Source: a virus
Direction: 5' to 3' (one strand)
IMG/VR virus record: IMGVR_UViG_3300045988_123818
Length of the DNA: 64,000 bases
Under the pieces are notes generated by a model. That model saw nothing but the letters and a program-made list of their open reading frames with translations. It ran no database searches and was not told where the DNA came from. A program made the translations under genes and the position numbers. This document shows, piece by piece, positions 10,424-18,822 of the stretch (positions are counted from its first letter, which is position 1; every line of letters begins with the position of its first letter).

Positions 10424-10464
10424 CCGTGTTTCGTCTGTCCCAAAGTTGCAGGTACGAAACACGG
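10424..10464. promoter_or_regulatory. perfect 11-bp inverted repeat in the portal/scaffold divergent region
   Basis: ccgtgtttcgt (10424-10434) pairs with acgaaacacgg (10454-10464), separated by a 19-nt spacer. Confidence 0.4.
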
Positions 10465-10563
10465 AAAAACGGACGCAAAAAATCGGGATATTCGCAAGCG
10501 TAAACAAAAATATGTAGATACCCGGAAAAGGTAAAGAATAATACACCTTATTATATATAAGAT

Positions 10564-11325
10564 ATGGCAGAAGAAAATAATGAAATCAAGACCGAAGCTC
10601 AGTCGCAAGCAGCGGCTACAGCTCCACCCGTAGACGACCGACCCAACCGCAAGGCTTTCTCCGAGCGTTTTGCCAAACGCCACAAGGACATCGACTTTGA
10701 GGACAAGGAGGCTCGCTACGCTGCTATGAACGACGATGCCGACGCCCTATCCCGATATGAGGAGGATGGCAAGGCTCTCAGCGAAATGTTCGACAACAAC
10801 CGTTGGGTTGCAGCTATGGCTATGGACCTTACAAAGAATCCCGACCTAAACCCTATCACATGGATAGCTTCTCATGGCATCGACATCGGCGCTGCTATGC
10901 AGGACGAGAAGATAGGCAAGGAGGTGGCTCAGCAGATTGCCGACTTTCAGCAGAAGAAGGCTGACGAGGAAAACCACGAAAAAGAACTTGTTGCCAACCT
11001 CCAAAAGTCGGCCGATGCTATGGACGAACTTGGTCTTGACGACGACGCTAAAGCCGACCTTTGGGAGAGTTTCTTCAAGGTTATCGGCGACGCCGAGGAT
11101 GGTATAGTCTCCACCGAGACGTGGCAGCTCTTCAAAAACGCGCAAAACTACGACGCTGATGTGGCTTCCGCACGCGAGGAGGGTGCTATGCAAGGCCGTA
11201 ACGAAAAGATTCAGAACAAGGTCAAGCGTTCCGAAAAGACCGAAATTCCGCCTTCTCTCAGTACTAACGGTGGTGTGTCACCCACCAAAAAGAAGTCCAG
11301 TGGCTTCTGGGATGGTCTGGTTTAA
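10564..11325 (+). CDS. scaffolding protein candidate
   Basis: Acidic, helical 253-aa protein directly upstream of the capsid gene. Confidence 0.55.
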   Translation: MAEENNEIKTEAQSQAAATAPPVDDRPNRKAFSERFAKRHKDIDFEDKEARYAAMNDDADALSRYEEDGKALSEMFDNNRWVAAMAMDLTKNPDLNPITWIASHGIDIGAAMQDEKIGKEVAQQIADFQQKKADEENHEKELVANLQKSADAMDELGLDDDAKADLWESFFKVIGDAEDGIVSTETWQLFKNAQNYDADVASAREEGAMQGRNEKIQNKVKRSEKTEIPPSLSTNGGVSPTKKKSSGFWDGLV

Positions 11326-11372
11326 AAGTAAAACACATTTTATTATTTATTAATTTCTAAAATATCAATTAA

Positions 11373-13058
11373 ATGAAACACTATCGGTTTATTAATTTTA
11401 TTAAAAGCGGACGTTTCCTTACTTGGCTCTTACTTATGCTTCTCTCCGTTGTAACTGGCGGCTCGTCGCTCATGGCTGTTGGCGACAATGTTGCGCCTCA
11501 GATTGGCGACGAGGGTCCTGACCCGGCTTCCGCTGCTGAGGCTGCTGCCAACGAACCCGTTGAGCCTGGCAAGAGCGACCTCAACAGCCCCGGTGGCAAA
11601 AAGGATGGTCAGGATTTAACGGGCTCTCAGGCTTCATCCACCCAGCTCAAAGAGGGTGACATGATTGACGATGAATGGGATAATAACATTGTCAAATTCT
11701 ACCCATACAAGACTCCGCTTCTCAGTATCGCTCGACAGGTCGCTGGTAAGGTTCCTATCAAGAACTGGACTGCCAAACACATGCGCATCGGTGGCGAAAC
11801 TCTCGATGGTAAGACTACTGCTCCAATCACTGGTGGCGACACCATCGAGCTTAACTCTACCAACTTCTCTGGTTCTCTCCGTCCGTTCTACAAGTGCTCT
11901 ACTGTCTACGTTCCCGACGTTGAGGGCTACAAGGAAGGTTCTACTACCGTGCGCGAGGGCGTTCTTCAGCTCTACGTTATCGAGTCCAACGGCAAGAAGG
12001 TCACTCTCCAGGCTACCAACGGCAAGGCTAAGGACAATGGCACTCCTGCCGACGACCTTGACAGCATGACCTGCCCCGACATTCCTTCGGGCTCTGTCTT
12101 CCTCGTTGGCTCAACTGCCGCAAGCGAGTCTCAGCTTATGGTTCCTCCTGAGAACATGCAGCCTCGCGAGAAGGAGGTTTGTGTGCAGAAGAAGCTGCTC
12201 AACATTCTCTTCACTACCGACTACGAGAAAGTACAGACCAAGGTGCCTATCACCGTCAAAGACCTCAAGGCTGATGCTATCATGAAGTACAACCTCCGCG
12301 CTGAGCGTTCTTACTGGCTTGGTACTAAACGACGCTTCAAGGTGCTCACCGAGGATGGTGCTGTAGAGGACGTTTACATTGCTGAGGGCATCTTGTCTCA
12401 GATTACCAATAAGTATGCTATTGGCGACGTTCATGAGTGGGCCGATTGGATTGCTCTCTCTAAGCTTCAGTTCACCGACTTTGCCGAGAACAACCACGCT
12501 TACGTCTTCGCTGGCAAGAACTTCATCGAGCGCATGGAGAAGATGAAGATTGACAAGGATGGCAAGAACGACATCATCAATCACGACGAGTTCGACCTTA
12601 CTTTCAAGCGCATCAAGGACACATTCGGTACTTTCGATGTTGTTTGGGATCAGACTCTCGACCTTATGCACATGGAGGACTTTGCCGTTATCATCGACCT
12701 TAAGGCGAGTCGTCGCTACGTGCGTGTTGCCAACAAGGAGCGCACCAACGACATGTCTAAGGGTGCAGGTGCTATCCGCGACGCTAAGCGTTGGATTCAC
12801 GAGGAGGCCGATTGTATCGCTCTCCGTGGCTACAACTCTATACTTGTTGGTCCTGAGGAAAAGATTTCTAAGCTTGGCGGGTCCACTCTTACCACTATCA
12901 TCTCTGCTCCCAAACTCCCCGAGACTCCGTCTAACGGCATGAAGGTTGCCCTTACCGAGGACTACGTCTCTGGCGATTTTCAGTACGACAAGGGTACCGT
13001 CTACTACTACAACGGCACCAAGTGGGAACTCTACAGTGGTCAGGACGTGGCTGCATAA
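11373..13058 (+). CDS. major capsid protein candidate (561 aa) with an N-terminal hydrophobic and acidic extension
   Basis: Lies after the scaffold gene and is followed by a strong hairpin. The segment FYPYKTPLLSIARQV resembles the conserved N-terminal motif of HK97-fold coat proteins of the SU10/DUF5309 type. That comparison is from memory. Confidence 0.7.
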   Translation: MKHYRFINFIKSGRFLTWLLLMLLSVVTGGSSLMAVGDNVAPQIGDEGPDPASAAEAAANEPVEPGKSDLNSPGGKKDGQDLTGSQASSTQLKEGDMIDDEWDNNIVKFYPYKTPLLSIARQVAGKVPIKNWTAKHMRIGGETLDGKTTAPITGGDTIELNSTNFSGSLRPFYKCSTVYVPDVEGYKEGSTTVREGVLQLYVIESNGKKVTLQATNGKAKDNGTPADDLDSMTCPDIPSGSVFLVGSTAASESQLMVPPENMQPREKEVCVQKKLLNILFTTDYEKVQTKVPITVKDLKADAIMKYNLRAERSYWLGTKRRFKVLTEDGAVEDVYIAEGILSQITNKYAIGDVHEWADWIALSKLQFTDFAENNHAYVFAGKNFIERMEKMKIDKDGKNDIINHDEFDLTFKRIKDTFGTFDVVWDQTLDLMHMEDFAVIIDLKASRRYVRVANKERTNDMSKGAGAIRDAKRWIHEEADCIALRGYNSILVGPEEKISKLGGSTLTTIISAPKLPETPSNGMKVALTEDYVSGDFQYDKGTVYYYNGTKWELYSGQDVAA

Positions 13059-13091
13059 AGTTTTTTATTTCCGTAATAAATTAGTTGTCCC

Positions 13092-13146
13092 GATAAGTCC
13101 TCGCTGAGCAACGGCTTTGCTCGCTAATGTCTCAGCGAGGCTTATC
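13092..13146 (+). terminator. 16-bp hairpin after the capsid gene, with a competing inner hairpin
   Basis: gataagtcctcgctgag (13092-13108) pairs with ctcagcgaggcttatc (13131-13146) with one bulge, followed by ttt. An inner gagcaa/ttgctc stem overlaps the left arm. Confidence 0.55.
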
Positions 13147-13164
13147 TTTAAAATCAAAAACTCA

Positions 13165-13584
13165 ATGATTAAGATATATAGATTAAAACAGGCTCTCAAC
13201 AATGGTCATCATGTTCTTGTTGGCGCAGGTGGCAACAAGGTTCACTACGAGTTCACAGGTGGCAACGTCATTGCTGGCACTTGTCCTGAACTTTCTCTTA
13301 AAGGCAAGTACTTTCAAGACCTTCTTGAGAGCAGTAAGCTTTTCAAGTCCGGTACAGTGGTGTTGGTCCGCGAAATCGAAACCTCCGACGACATCGACCC
13401 CGTCCCAACTCCCGAGCCAACCCCCAAGAAGCAGGTGGATAGTGTCGATTCTGTCACCACCCCCGACGAGCTTCTTGTTTACGTCAACACTAACTACTCC
13501 AAGAATTTCACCAGTCCTGCCAAGGCTCTCGCTTTTGCAGCTAAGGAAGGCATCGTCTTCCCCAAACTGTCCCTTGGCGAGTAG
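13165..13584 (+). CDS. hypothetical protein (139 aa) with a Pro/Thr linker
   Basis: The ORF-track start at 13117 lies inside the hairpin. The ATG at 13165 is more plausible. Confidence 0.65.
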   Translation: MIKIYRLKQALNNGHHVLVGAGGNKVHYEFTGGNVIAGTCPELSLKGKYFQDLLESSKLFKSGTVVLVREIETSDDIDPVPTPEPTPKKQVDSVDSVTTPDELLVYVNTNYSKNFTSPAKALAFAAKEGIVFPKLSLGE

Positions 13585-13602
13585 TTTCTTAAAGCATTAG
13601 TT

Positions 13603-14271
13603 ATGACTATCTCCGAAATCATCAACAAAGTAAAATGGTGTATCGACCACGAGACTCATGAGGATGCCAAGCTTGCCGACAATGGAGAGGATTCCTACAT
13701 GGATAATATCATACGTGCCAAAATCAACGACGCACGCCGATGGCTCGCCGTAGCCACCTCCCAATCCATCACCCTCTCCTCATCTCCAAGCTCCTCTTCC
13801 TCCTCCAGTGTTACAACACTCACTATCACCCCCTATGATGGCTTTTCCGACATCGCCACCATCACCATCCCCTTGTCTCTTTCCACCGTCACCTTATCTC
13901 GCGTACGTCTCTCGTCATGGCACAAGGCTGCCATACCTATTCTCGACACCTCCGACGACGCTCTGCTTATGTTCGACGAAACCGCCAAGGGTACTGTCAA
14001 CCGACCTCTCGCCACTGTCATGCAAGGCTCTCCTACGAGAATCCTTGTTCAGCCTTACACCTCTACCGACACTGCCGAGATTGTCTATATCGGTATAGCT
14101 TCCGACATCGACACTTCTTCTGATGATACCACCGTAGATATTCCAACCATCCACGAGTCTGCCTTCATCTACTACATTGCCTACCTCTTGCTTACCGCCT
14201 ACCAAGACCCACGTGCGCAAGCAATGTTCGCTATTGCAGTCCAGCTGACAGGCTCCAAACAGTCCGTATAG
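13603..14271 (+). CDS. hypothetical virion protein (222 aa) with a poly-Ser tract
   Basis: Long ORF in the packed late operon. Confidence 0.7.
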   Translation: MTISEIINKVKWCIDHETHEDAKLADNGEDSYMDNIIRAKINDARRWLAVATSQSITLSSSPSSSSSSSVTTLTITPYDGFSDIATITIPLSLSTVTLSRVRLSSWHKAAIPILDTSDDALLMFDETAKGTVNRPLATVMQGSPTRILVQPYTSTDTAEIVYIGIASDIDTSSDDTTVDIPTIHESAFIYYIAYLLLTAYQDPRAQAMFAIAVQLTGSKQSV

Positions 14272-14273
14272 TT

Positions 14274-14552
14274 ATGTACACTCTCACTGCATCATACTCT
14301 CCCGAAGAACTTGCCTGGGTAACTCCCGAAGTTCAGTTTCAGCGTGACATCTACCTCATCGTCACCCTCAAACGCCCCGGCAAACTCATCATCCGGCAAC
14401 GTGTCTCCGATGGTTCCAATCCGCGCGTGCCTATCCGACGTCACAAAGATATGACCTCCTTCAAGCTCCGCCTCACCATCCTCCCCGAAACCGTCGGACT
14501 ACAGATTTTCACATCAACCGAACCAAAAGAAATTAAATATGCCTACATTTAG
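14274..14552 (+). CDS. hypothetical protein (92 aa)
   Basis: Packed ORF starting 3 nt after the upstream stop. Confidence 0.65.
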   Translation: MYTLTASYSPEELAWVTPEVQFQRDIYLIVTLKRPGKLIIRQRVSDGSNPRVPIRRHKDMTSFKLRLTILPETVGLQIFTSTEPKEIKYAYI

Positions 14553-14784
14553 AGAAGACCCTAAAATCGGTTCTAAGGTCCCATTAATCAAAACTGCCGA
14601 CCTTAACGACAAGTCGGTCACTGAGAAGAAGTTGGCCGACGGAAGTATAACTAAGGACAAAATTGCCACTGGTGCAATAACAAAAGACAAACTCTCAAAT
14701 GATATTCTGAATGGTATTGCGATTGAGAGAATAACAGAAAAAGAAATCGAAGAAATAGTAGGAGAGAAAGGAGACATAAAATGA
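14539..14784 (+). CDS. small fibre-associated protein with short repeats
   Basis: Contains the repeats KSVTEKKLADGSITKDKIATGAITKDKL, which are typical of phage fibre shafts. Overlaps both neighbours. Confidence 0.55.
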   Translation: MPTFREDPKIGSKVPLIKTADLNDKSVTEKKLADGSITKDKIATGAITKDKLSNDILNGIAIERITEKEIEEIVGEKGDIK

Positions 14785-15596
14785 ATAAGTTTGTAGATGA
14801 TAAAGGACTTAAAAGATATACTGACAATATGAAACTTCTTCTTAAGAAGAAAGTTTCTAAGAAAAGACCTTATGGTCAGATAGTTATTGGTAAATCAATA
14901 AATCCAAAATCGTATGATTGGGGAACAATATATGCTTTTCGTGGACATCCATGTATAACAGTATGGAGTGATAATAAAGTTGAGACATTTAATATAATTA
15001 TTCGTGATAATACAGGTACAGATGTAAGTAATACGTATCAATCATCAGGAATACCACTTATCAACAAAAAAACTAAATTCGCTCATTTAATAAACTTAAT
15101 TGGATATCAAAGAAACATTCCATGTGGTTTTAGAATGTTTAATCCATATACAAATGGAGACACTACTATACATTTACGAGAAGTAAGTATTCCACATGCT
15201 AACCTTACAGGTACTTCAAAAAAGTATAGTTGGGTTAATGGGAAACGTGTGACAAGTAAAAAGGGAACTTTTGAGATGGCTTGTGAAACATTGAAATATA
15301 GGTTTAATCCTAAGGAAGACTATACAGGGGTTGGTATAGTAAAGTCATATCAGTTAAGTAATGGAGTTGTTGGAGTACCATATTGGAAGCATAGTGTATC
15401 TCGAGGTAAACCTTATAGAGATAAATTTCCTAATAAAAAGAAAAAATATACAAGATTTACGAGAAAAACTTCTGAATTAGGTGGTGGTTTATGGCTTGTA
15501 CGTTTCTATGATGGAAGGAGTAAAACATATATGAATGATGTAAAAGTATATGTAAGGAAAACCAAAGAAGGAAAGCTTATTTTCAAAAGGACATAA
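14781..15596 (+). CDS. tail-fibre or receptor-binding cassette 1 (271 aa, AT-rich)
   Basis: The N-terminus MNKFVDDKGLKRYT is shared with the next two genes. GC content is clearly lower than in the flanks. Confidence 0.6.
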   Translation: MNKFVDDKGLKRYTDNMKLLLKKKVSKKRPYGQIVIGKSINPKSYDWGTIYAFRGHPCITVWSDNKVETFNIIIRDNTGTDVSNTYQSSGIPLINKKTKFAHLINLIGYQRNIPCGFRMFNPYTNGDTTIHLREVSIPHANLTGTSKKYSWVNGKRVTSKKGTFEMACETLKYRFNPKEDYTGVGIVKSYQLSNGVVGVPYWKHSVSRGKPYRDKFPNKKKKYTRFTRKTSELGGGLWLVRFYDGRSKTYMNDVKVYVRKTKEGKLIFKRT

Positions 15597-15779
15597 AAAA
15601 AGGTAGCGTTATACAATAAGGATACTACACCACAAGGCATGTACTTCATTAACCATATAACTTACTACCCATTGCAAAGATACTATATAATATTCAGTTT
15701 TACAAGAGTTTGAGTAATAAAATAAATATAAAATATAAAGTTTAACAAACATTAGTAATAAATTAACAAACAAACAATT

Positions 15780-16772
15780 ATGACAAAATTTGTAGACAGT
15801 TTAGGACTAAAAAGATTAGTCACAAAGATTGCTGAAGCAGTTAGCAATGGAACTTGGCTGCCCGTGAGGAAGGGAGAAGGTGAAGGTGCTGTTGTAGAAG
15901 GAAATATTGGTAACAACAAGGCAACTGGAAGCTTTTCACATGCCGAAGGTGATTCTACAGCAAGTGGAAATAGATCTCATGCCGAAGGCAGTGCCTCTGC
16001 TATTGGAAATAGGTCTCATGCAGAAGGATTAAGCACAATAACGCGAGGTGATGCTTCTCATGCAGAAGGAAATGTAACAGAAGCAGCAGGAGACTTTTCT
16101 CATGCAGAGGGTTGGAAGACTGTATCAGAAGGAGATGCCTCGCATGCCGAGGGTGGTAGCACTAAAGCTAAGGGAAGAAATTCTCATGCAGAAGGAAAAC
16201 AAACTAAAGCATACAGTGTATTCTCCCACGCAGAAGGTTATATGACAGAGACTGGCTCTGAAAGTGACACTAACACTACTGGTGGCGCACAACATGCAGA
16301 GGGTTATAAGACAAAAGCTGTAGCACTGAGATCACATGCAGAAGGTTCTGAAACACAGGCTTTGGGATTTGCAAGCCATGCAGAAGGTTTGCGTACTATA
16401 GCACGTGGTTATAGGTCACATACTGAGGGACAAGATACTTGTATATTAAGTACTGGAGGTCATGCACAGGGAATGGCTAATTATCACACAAATGATTTGT
16501 CTGTTATACATGATATAGGTATAGGTACTGTTACTGATAGTACGGAGGAAGGTGGCACTCCTACTATTACAAGACTTTCTGCCGAGGCTATTATATGTAC
16601 AGAGGATAATAAGAATGGTTATAAATATCTGATTGGTGTAGGTGGATATGCTGGCCAGGCAATTGGTCCAGACACTAAGAGTGTGCAAGAAGTGATAGCA
16701 GACCTTGAAAAAGGAGTGGCAGCAACAGAGACTATGACTGTTGAGGATATTAGGGAGATAATGAGTGCATAG
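15780..16772 (+). CDS. tail-fibre cassette 2 with about 13 SHAEG repeats
   Basis: N-terminus MTKFVDSLGLKRL. Carries repeats of about 14 aa of the form xxSHAEGxxTxAxG, which resemble the Hep_Hag/YadA-head type. Confidence 0.75.
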   Translation: MTKFVDSLGLKRLVTKIAEAVSNGTWLPVRKGEGEGAVVEGNIGNNKATGSFSHAEGDSTASGNRSHAEGSASAIGNRSHAEGLSTITRGDASHAEGNVTEAAGDFSHAEGWKTVSEGDASHAEGGSTKAKGRNSHAEGKQTKAYSVFSHAEGYMTETGSESDTNTTGGAQHAEGYKTKAVALRSHAEGSETQALGFASHAEGLRTIARGYRSHTEGQDTCILSTGGHAQGMANYHTNDLSVIHDIGIGTVTDSTEEGGTPTITRLSAEAIICTEDNKNGYKYLIGVGGYAGQAIGPDTKSVQEVIADLEKGVAATETMTVEDIREIMSA

Positions 16773-16824
16773 AAATAAAAAATAAGATAAATAGTAACAT
16801 AAATTTTTTTTAAAACAAACAGTT

Positions 16825-17697
16825 ATGACAAAGTATTTAGACAAGGTAGGCCTTACAGAGTATACTAAGCTGATGAAGGCTCATGTAGCAAAGAGTACCT
16901 TAAAACTTGGTGAATCATCAGGTACGGCTTATGACGGAGCAAAGGGTAAGGCAAATGCAGACTTCATCAGTGGGGTGAAGAACGGCAACCTCGCCCTTGT
17001 GAAACCAGAAATCAGAGGCAGATGGAATGTGTTCAACGCAGCTGGTACAGCAGTGGAATCAATGGTTTCATCATCAACCTCCCTGTCACTTGAAAACGGT
17101 TATCAAGCATCATGGACAGGCGCATTCTCATATCCAGCAGCAAAGGAAGGCCAGAAAGTTCCAACAAGTGTATCTGGTAATTGGACTGCACTTCCAGCAG
17201 CAAATACACCCTCTGCAACATACACAACCCCAGAGAAGGTAAAGACTGACACCACCATCTCTGCAACCATCGCAGCTGCCAAAACTGGTCTTATGGTTGT
17301 TGGTTCAGATGTAAAGCCCGCAAGTGGCAATGACACAAAGACAGCATCTGCAAGTGTACACTTCTATCATCGCCGTTACTTTGGTTTGGCTTCAACATCA
17401 AGTATAACAGCAGATGTTATAAAGGGTTTGAGTAAGACAGACCTTAATAATTCACGCACAGCAAAGCTTGAAGGTATCTCAGCAACAGATGCCCAGTACT
17501 ATGTAATAGCTTATCCAAAGGCAATGGGTGAGTTGATTAAGATAGTACAGAATGGAGCCACACCATTGCTGAATGGAGGTTTTGAAAAGAGTGAGGTAAC
17601 AGTGACAAATGCAGCTGGTGCTTCAATAGTTTACTTGGTATACCGTACAGTAAACCCAGGAGCATTGAAGGATAACTCATTCCTGGATATAGCATAA
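16825..17697 (+). CDS. tail-fibre cassette 3 (290 aa)
   Basis: N-terminus MTKYLDKVGLTEYT is shared with cassettes 1 and 2. Confidence 0.6.
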   Translation: MTKYLDKVGLTEYTKLMKAHVAKSTLKLGESSGTAYDGAKGKANADFISGVKNGNLALVKPEIRGRWNVFNAAGTAVESMVSSSTSLSLENGYQASWTGAFSYPAAKEGQKVPTSVSGNWTALPAANTPSATYTTPEKVKTDTTISATIAAAKTGLMVVGSDVKPASGNDTKTASASVHFYHRRYFGLASTSSITADVIKGLSKTDLNNSRTAKLEGISATDAQYYVIAYPKAMGELIKIVQNGATPLLNGGFEKSEVTVTNAAGASIVYLVYRTVNPGALKDNSFLDIA

Positions 17698-17730
17698 ATA
17701 ATTGTTTAACATTAAAAACATAAAAAAGAT

Positions 17731-18756
17731 ATGGCATTAAAACAAGCAAATACGCTGGCTCCAAGTAATGTGTCAGCAACAGGTTTTGCCTTGGCAGACG
17801 CAAGACATATTGGAGGTCATAAAGTTGTAGCAAGCCTTACGGCTTTGTATGCATTGCAGGATTGGCAGCTGCTTAATCCTGGGGAAACAGACACAGCATT
17901 GGCATTAGGTCAGCAGTGGTATGTTAAGGGAATTGGTTTCTATAGACTAACCAACTGGGCTAATCGTAAAACATCAAGTGGTTGGATAAAGGAAGTAGAT
18001 CCAAATAACATTGACACTACTCTGTTTCAGATTGTTTCTGCTCTTCCTACAAGTGGCATTAATAAGAATCGTATATATCTTGTAGCTTCGGCAAACAGAG
18101 ACCCTAATGGTAAAAATATATATGCCGAGTATATCTATACTGGTGATACCTCAGCCACCTATGACGCAACCAAGTGGGAGAAAATTGGTGAATATACACC
18201 AACAGTGGACTTATCGCCTTACATGAAGTTGGAGCAGAAGGGTGTGGCTAATGGTGTAGCTACCTTGGATGCAAATGGCAAGGTTACTGATGGACAGTTG
18301 TGGGATGCAACAAGCGAGAATCATGGCTTGATGTCAGAAGAAGATAAGAAAATTCTTGATACAATCAATGATGAACTATATGCGGGTAAATACTCTGATG
18401 TATGTAAGTTTGATGATATATTTACACCCCTTATTGGGGATGTTGAAATACTTCAGCAATCACTTTCTGAGTCTGTTGTAAACTATGATATTGTCTATCT
18501 TACAACTAAAAATATGTTTGTAGCAAGACATGAGGGTAAATATTATAATAACTGGGCGCATAGAGAAGAAACCTTTGGTGCCTTAAATACTCCAGTAGAA
18601 GGTAAATTGTATTTAAAGAAAGCAGGACTGTCAGTGGCTGGTTCGATTGCATCACCTACTTTATATACGGGTGATAGTAATGGTCTCTATCCTCTTGCTA
18701 ATCAGGCCGATATTCAGGTAATGTCTAATGAGGAGATTGATGCTTTGTTTGCATAA
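17731..18756 (+). CDS. tail-associated or receptor-binding protein candidate (341 aa)
   Basis: Last gene of the late plus-strand operon. The assignment is positional only. Confidence 0.5.
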   Translation: MALKQANTLAPSNVSATGFALADARHIGGHKVVASLTALYALQDWQLLNPGETDTALALGQQWYVKGIGFYRLTNWANRKTSSGWIKEVDPNNIDTTLFQIVSALPTSGINKNRIYLVASANRDPNGKNIYAEYIYTGDTSATYDATKWEKIGEYTPTVDLSPYMKLEQKGVANGVATLDANGKVTDGQLWDATSENHGLMSEEDKKILDTINDELYAGKYSDVCKFDDIFTPLIGDVEILQQSLSESVVNYDIVYLTTKNMFVARHEGKYYNNWAHREETFGALNTPVEGKLYLKKAGLSVAGSIASPTLYTGDSNGLYPLANQADIQVMSNEEIDALFA

Positions 18757-18780
18757 ACATAAGTTATAACAAGTAAATAA

Positions 18781-18818
18781 AAGTGGTGAACCTTCTAAAG
18801 GGTCCACCACTTTTTCTT
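18781..18818. terminator. bidirectional terminator between convergent operons
   Basis: gtggtgaacc pairs with gggtccaccac (6+3 bp, one mismatch). T-runs are present on both strands. Confidence 0.6.
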
Positions 18819-18822
18819 TTCT

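Noticed and set aside
12111-12800. The 229-aa minus-strand ORF and other alternative-frame ORFs inside the capsid gene.
   Set aside because: It is antisense to a much longer, better-supported ORF, and its composition is typical of a shadow frame.
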